The notes under the pieces are model-generated. The model was not told where the DNA came from and searched no databases. It worked only from the letters and a program-made list of their open reading frames with translations. Made by a program: the position numbers and the translations under genes. From contig NW_027367053.1 of NCBI RefSeq assembly GCF_046119375.1, forward strand, positions 1 through 62,500: DNA of 62,500 bases, in the 5' to 3' direction. This DNA comes from Phyllobates terribilis (lineage: Eukaryota). Positions 61,371 to 62,500 of the stretch are shown here, one piece after another (within the stretch, counting starts at the first letter, position 1; every line of letters starts with the position of its first letter).

Positions 61371-62500
61371 ATGAAGATTGGCCTATGGAATTGTCGAGGT
61401 ATTGGTAGGAAGAATCTTTGGACTGAAATTGAGGCTCTTTGTAAAATTAATAGAATTAATATGATTGCCTTAGTAGAAACTAAATCGGAACCTGGACCCT
61501 CTAAAAACGTGTGGCGTAAAGCTGGTTTTGACAATTGTCATGTTATCCCTTCCTCTGGGTTGTCTGGTGAAATTTGTCTTCTATGGAAAAGTTATCAAAT
61601 GACTGATGAAACATGTGAGATTATTGTCTCGACTAATAGATTTGTGGCAGTTAAATATAAGATTTTTAGCCTAGACATTAATATGATGCTTGTTTTTGCC
61701 TATGGTCCTCCTGGTGAGGCTGGAAAAACGATTTCTGGTTGGAAATTACCAATTTTATAAGTTCATGCCCGGTCCCTTGTCTGGTGATGGGGGATTTTAA
61801 TGAAATTTCCTCGCCTGATGATAAAGCTGGGGGTGTCTCCCCAGCAAGTTCTAGATTTGTTAGATTGAATAATTTCAAAAACATCTGTGAATTGTCGGAA
61901 ATTCCATGCTCTGGTAATAGATTTACATGGAGAAAGAATAGGACAGAAATCTCAAACATATATGAAAAGTTAGATCGTACTTTGGTACAATCTGAATTCT
62001 TGCAGTGGTTCCCTGACATATCTACTCATAATTTTGCTTTCTCGTCCTCAGACCATTGTCTGATTACAACAACTCTAATGAACAACATTTCGAATAAAGC
62101 TCAACCTTTCAAATTTGAAAACATCTGGACTGAGAGGAAGGATTTTGAGAATCTTGTTCGTCAAGCGTGGCGTTGTGATGTGCCGAGTTCGCTTATGTTT
62201 AAACTAGTTAAGAAAACGGCTCTGGTCAAAGTTGCTGCGAAAAAATGGAATAAAACAACTTTTGGGAACATATTAAGACAATTGGAAGAAATTGAAATTA
62301 AGCTCACTAATGTTCAGAAAGAGATTCTTTCTAACCCTTCTCCAAGCTTTGTTTCTCTCCAAGAAAAGCTTATCAATAAAAAAGAGTGTCTGCGCTTTTC
62401 ATAAAAAATACTGGAATCAGAGAGCAAAAGTGAAACATATTAAACTTATTGATTCCAACTCCAAATACTTTCATAAGGTTGCGTCTGGCAGAAGAAATAG
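61371..62500 (+). pseudogene. L1 ORF2 N-terminus (AP endonuclease), frameshifted; runs off the window
   Basis: LWNCRG, IALVETK, GLSGEICLLWK, CLVMGDFNEI, GNRFTW, EKLDR, SDHC, FKFENIW and YWNQRAK..KYFHK. Frameshifts near 61730 and 62400. Confidence 0.93.

Larger units (their letters stand above)
57510..62500 (+). mobile_element. L1-clade LINE, probably 5'-complete, continuing beyond the window; 5' boundary approximate
   Basis: ORF1 with DUF4283 and zinc knuckle, followed by an ORF2 AP-endonuclease domain. Confidence 0.9.

Overview
This is plant (eudicot-type) nuclear DNA: a TE-dense left half and a gene-containing right half. 1-20.7 kb is a nested LTR-retrotransposon cluster. It holds a pol-less Sirevirus-type copia (gag + env-like) sharing one LTR with a second truncated copy, and a second copia gag/LTR remnant. 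It also holds a non-autonomous Athila-like gypsy element that carries a solo LTR and an inverted copy of its own family. 20.7-30.7 kb is a non-autonomous Helitron with two decayed RPA70-like genes. 33.6-56.7 kb contains four apparently intact host genes: RVE6-like MYB clock gene (+), RPS10 (+), ADF7-like (+) and a conserved acidic/Lys-rich protein (-). The RVE6-RPS10 spacer reconstructs as a head-to-tail 1.6-kb duplication. Its second copy was expanded by a composite mariner (DD39D), a MULE, a 5'-truncated L1 and a hAT MITE. The window ends in an L1 LINE (ORF1 + start of ORF2). The most unusual observation is that the C-terminal part of this L1 ORF1 appears split by four short, T-rich, all phase-1 GT-AG introns. 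All coordinates, splice sites and similarities were read by eye; no alignments or database searches were run, and family names rest on recalled motifs.
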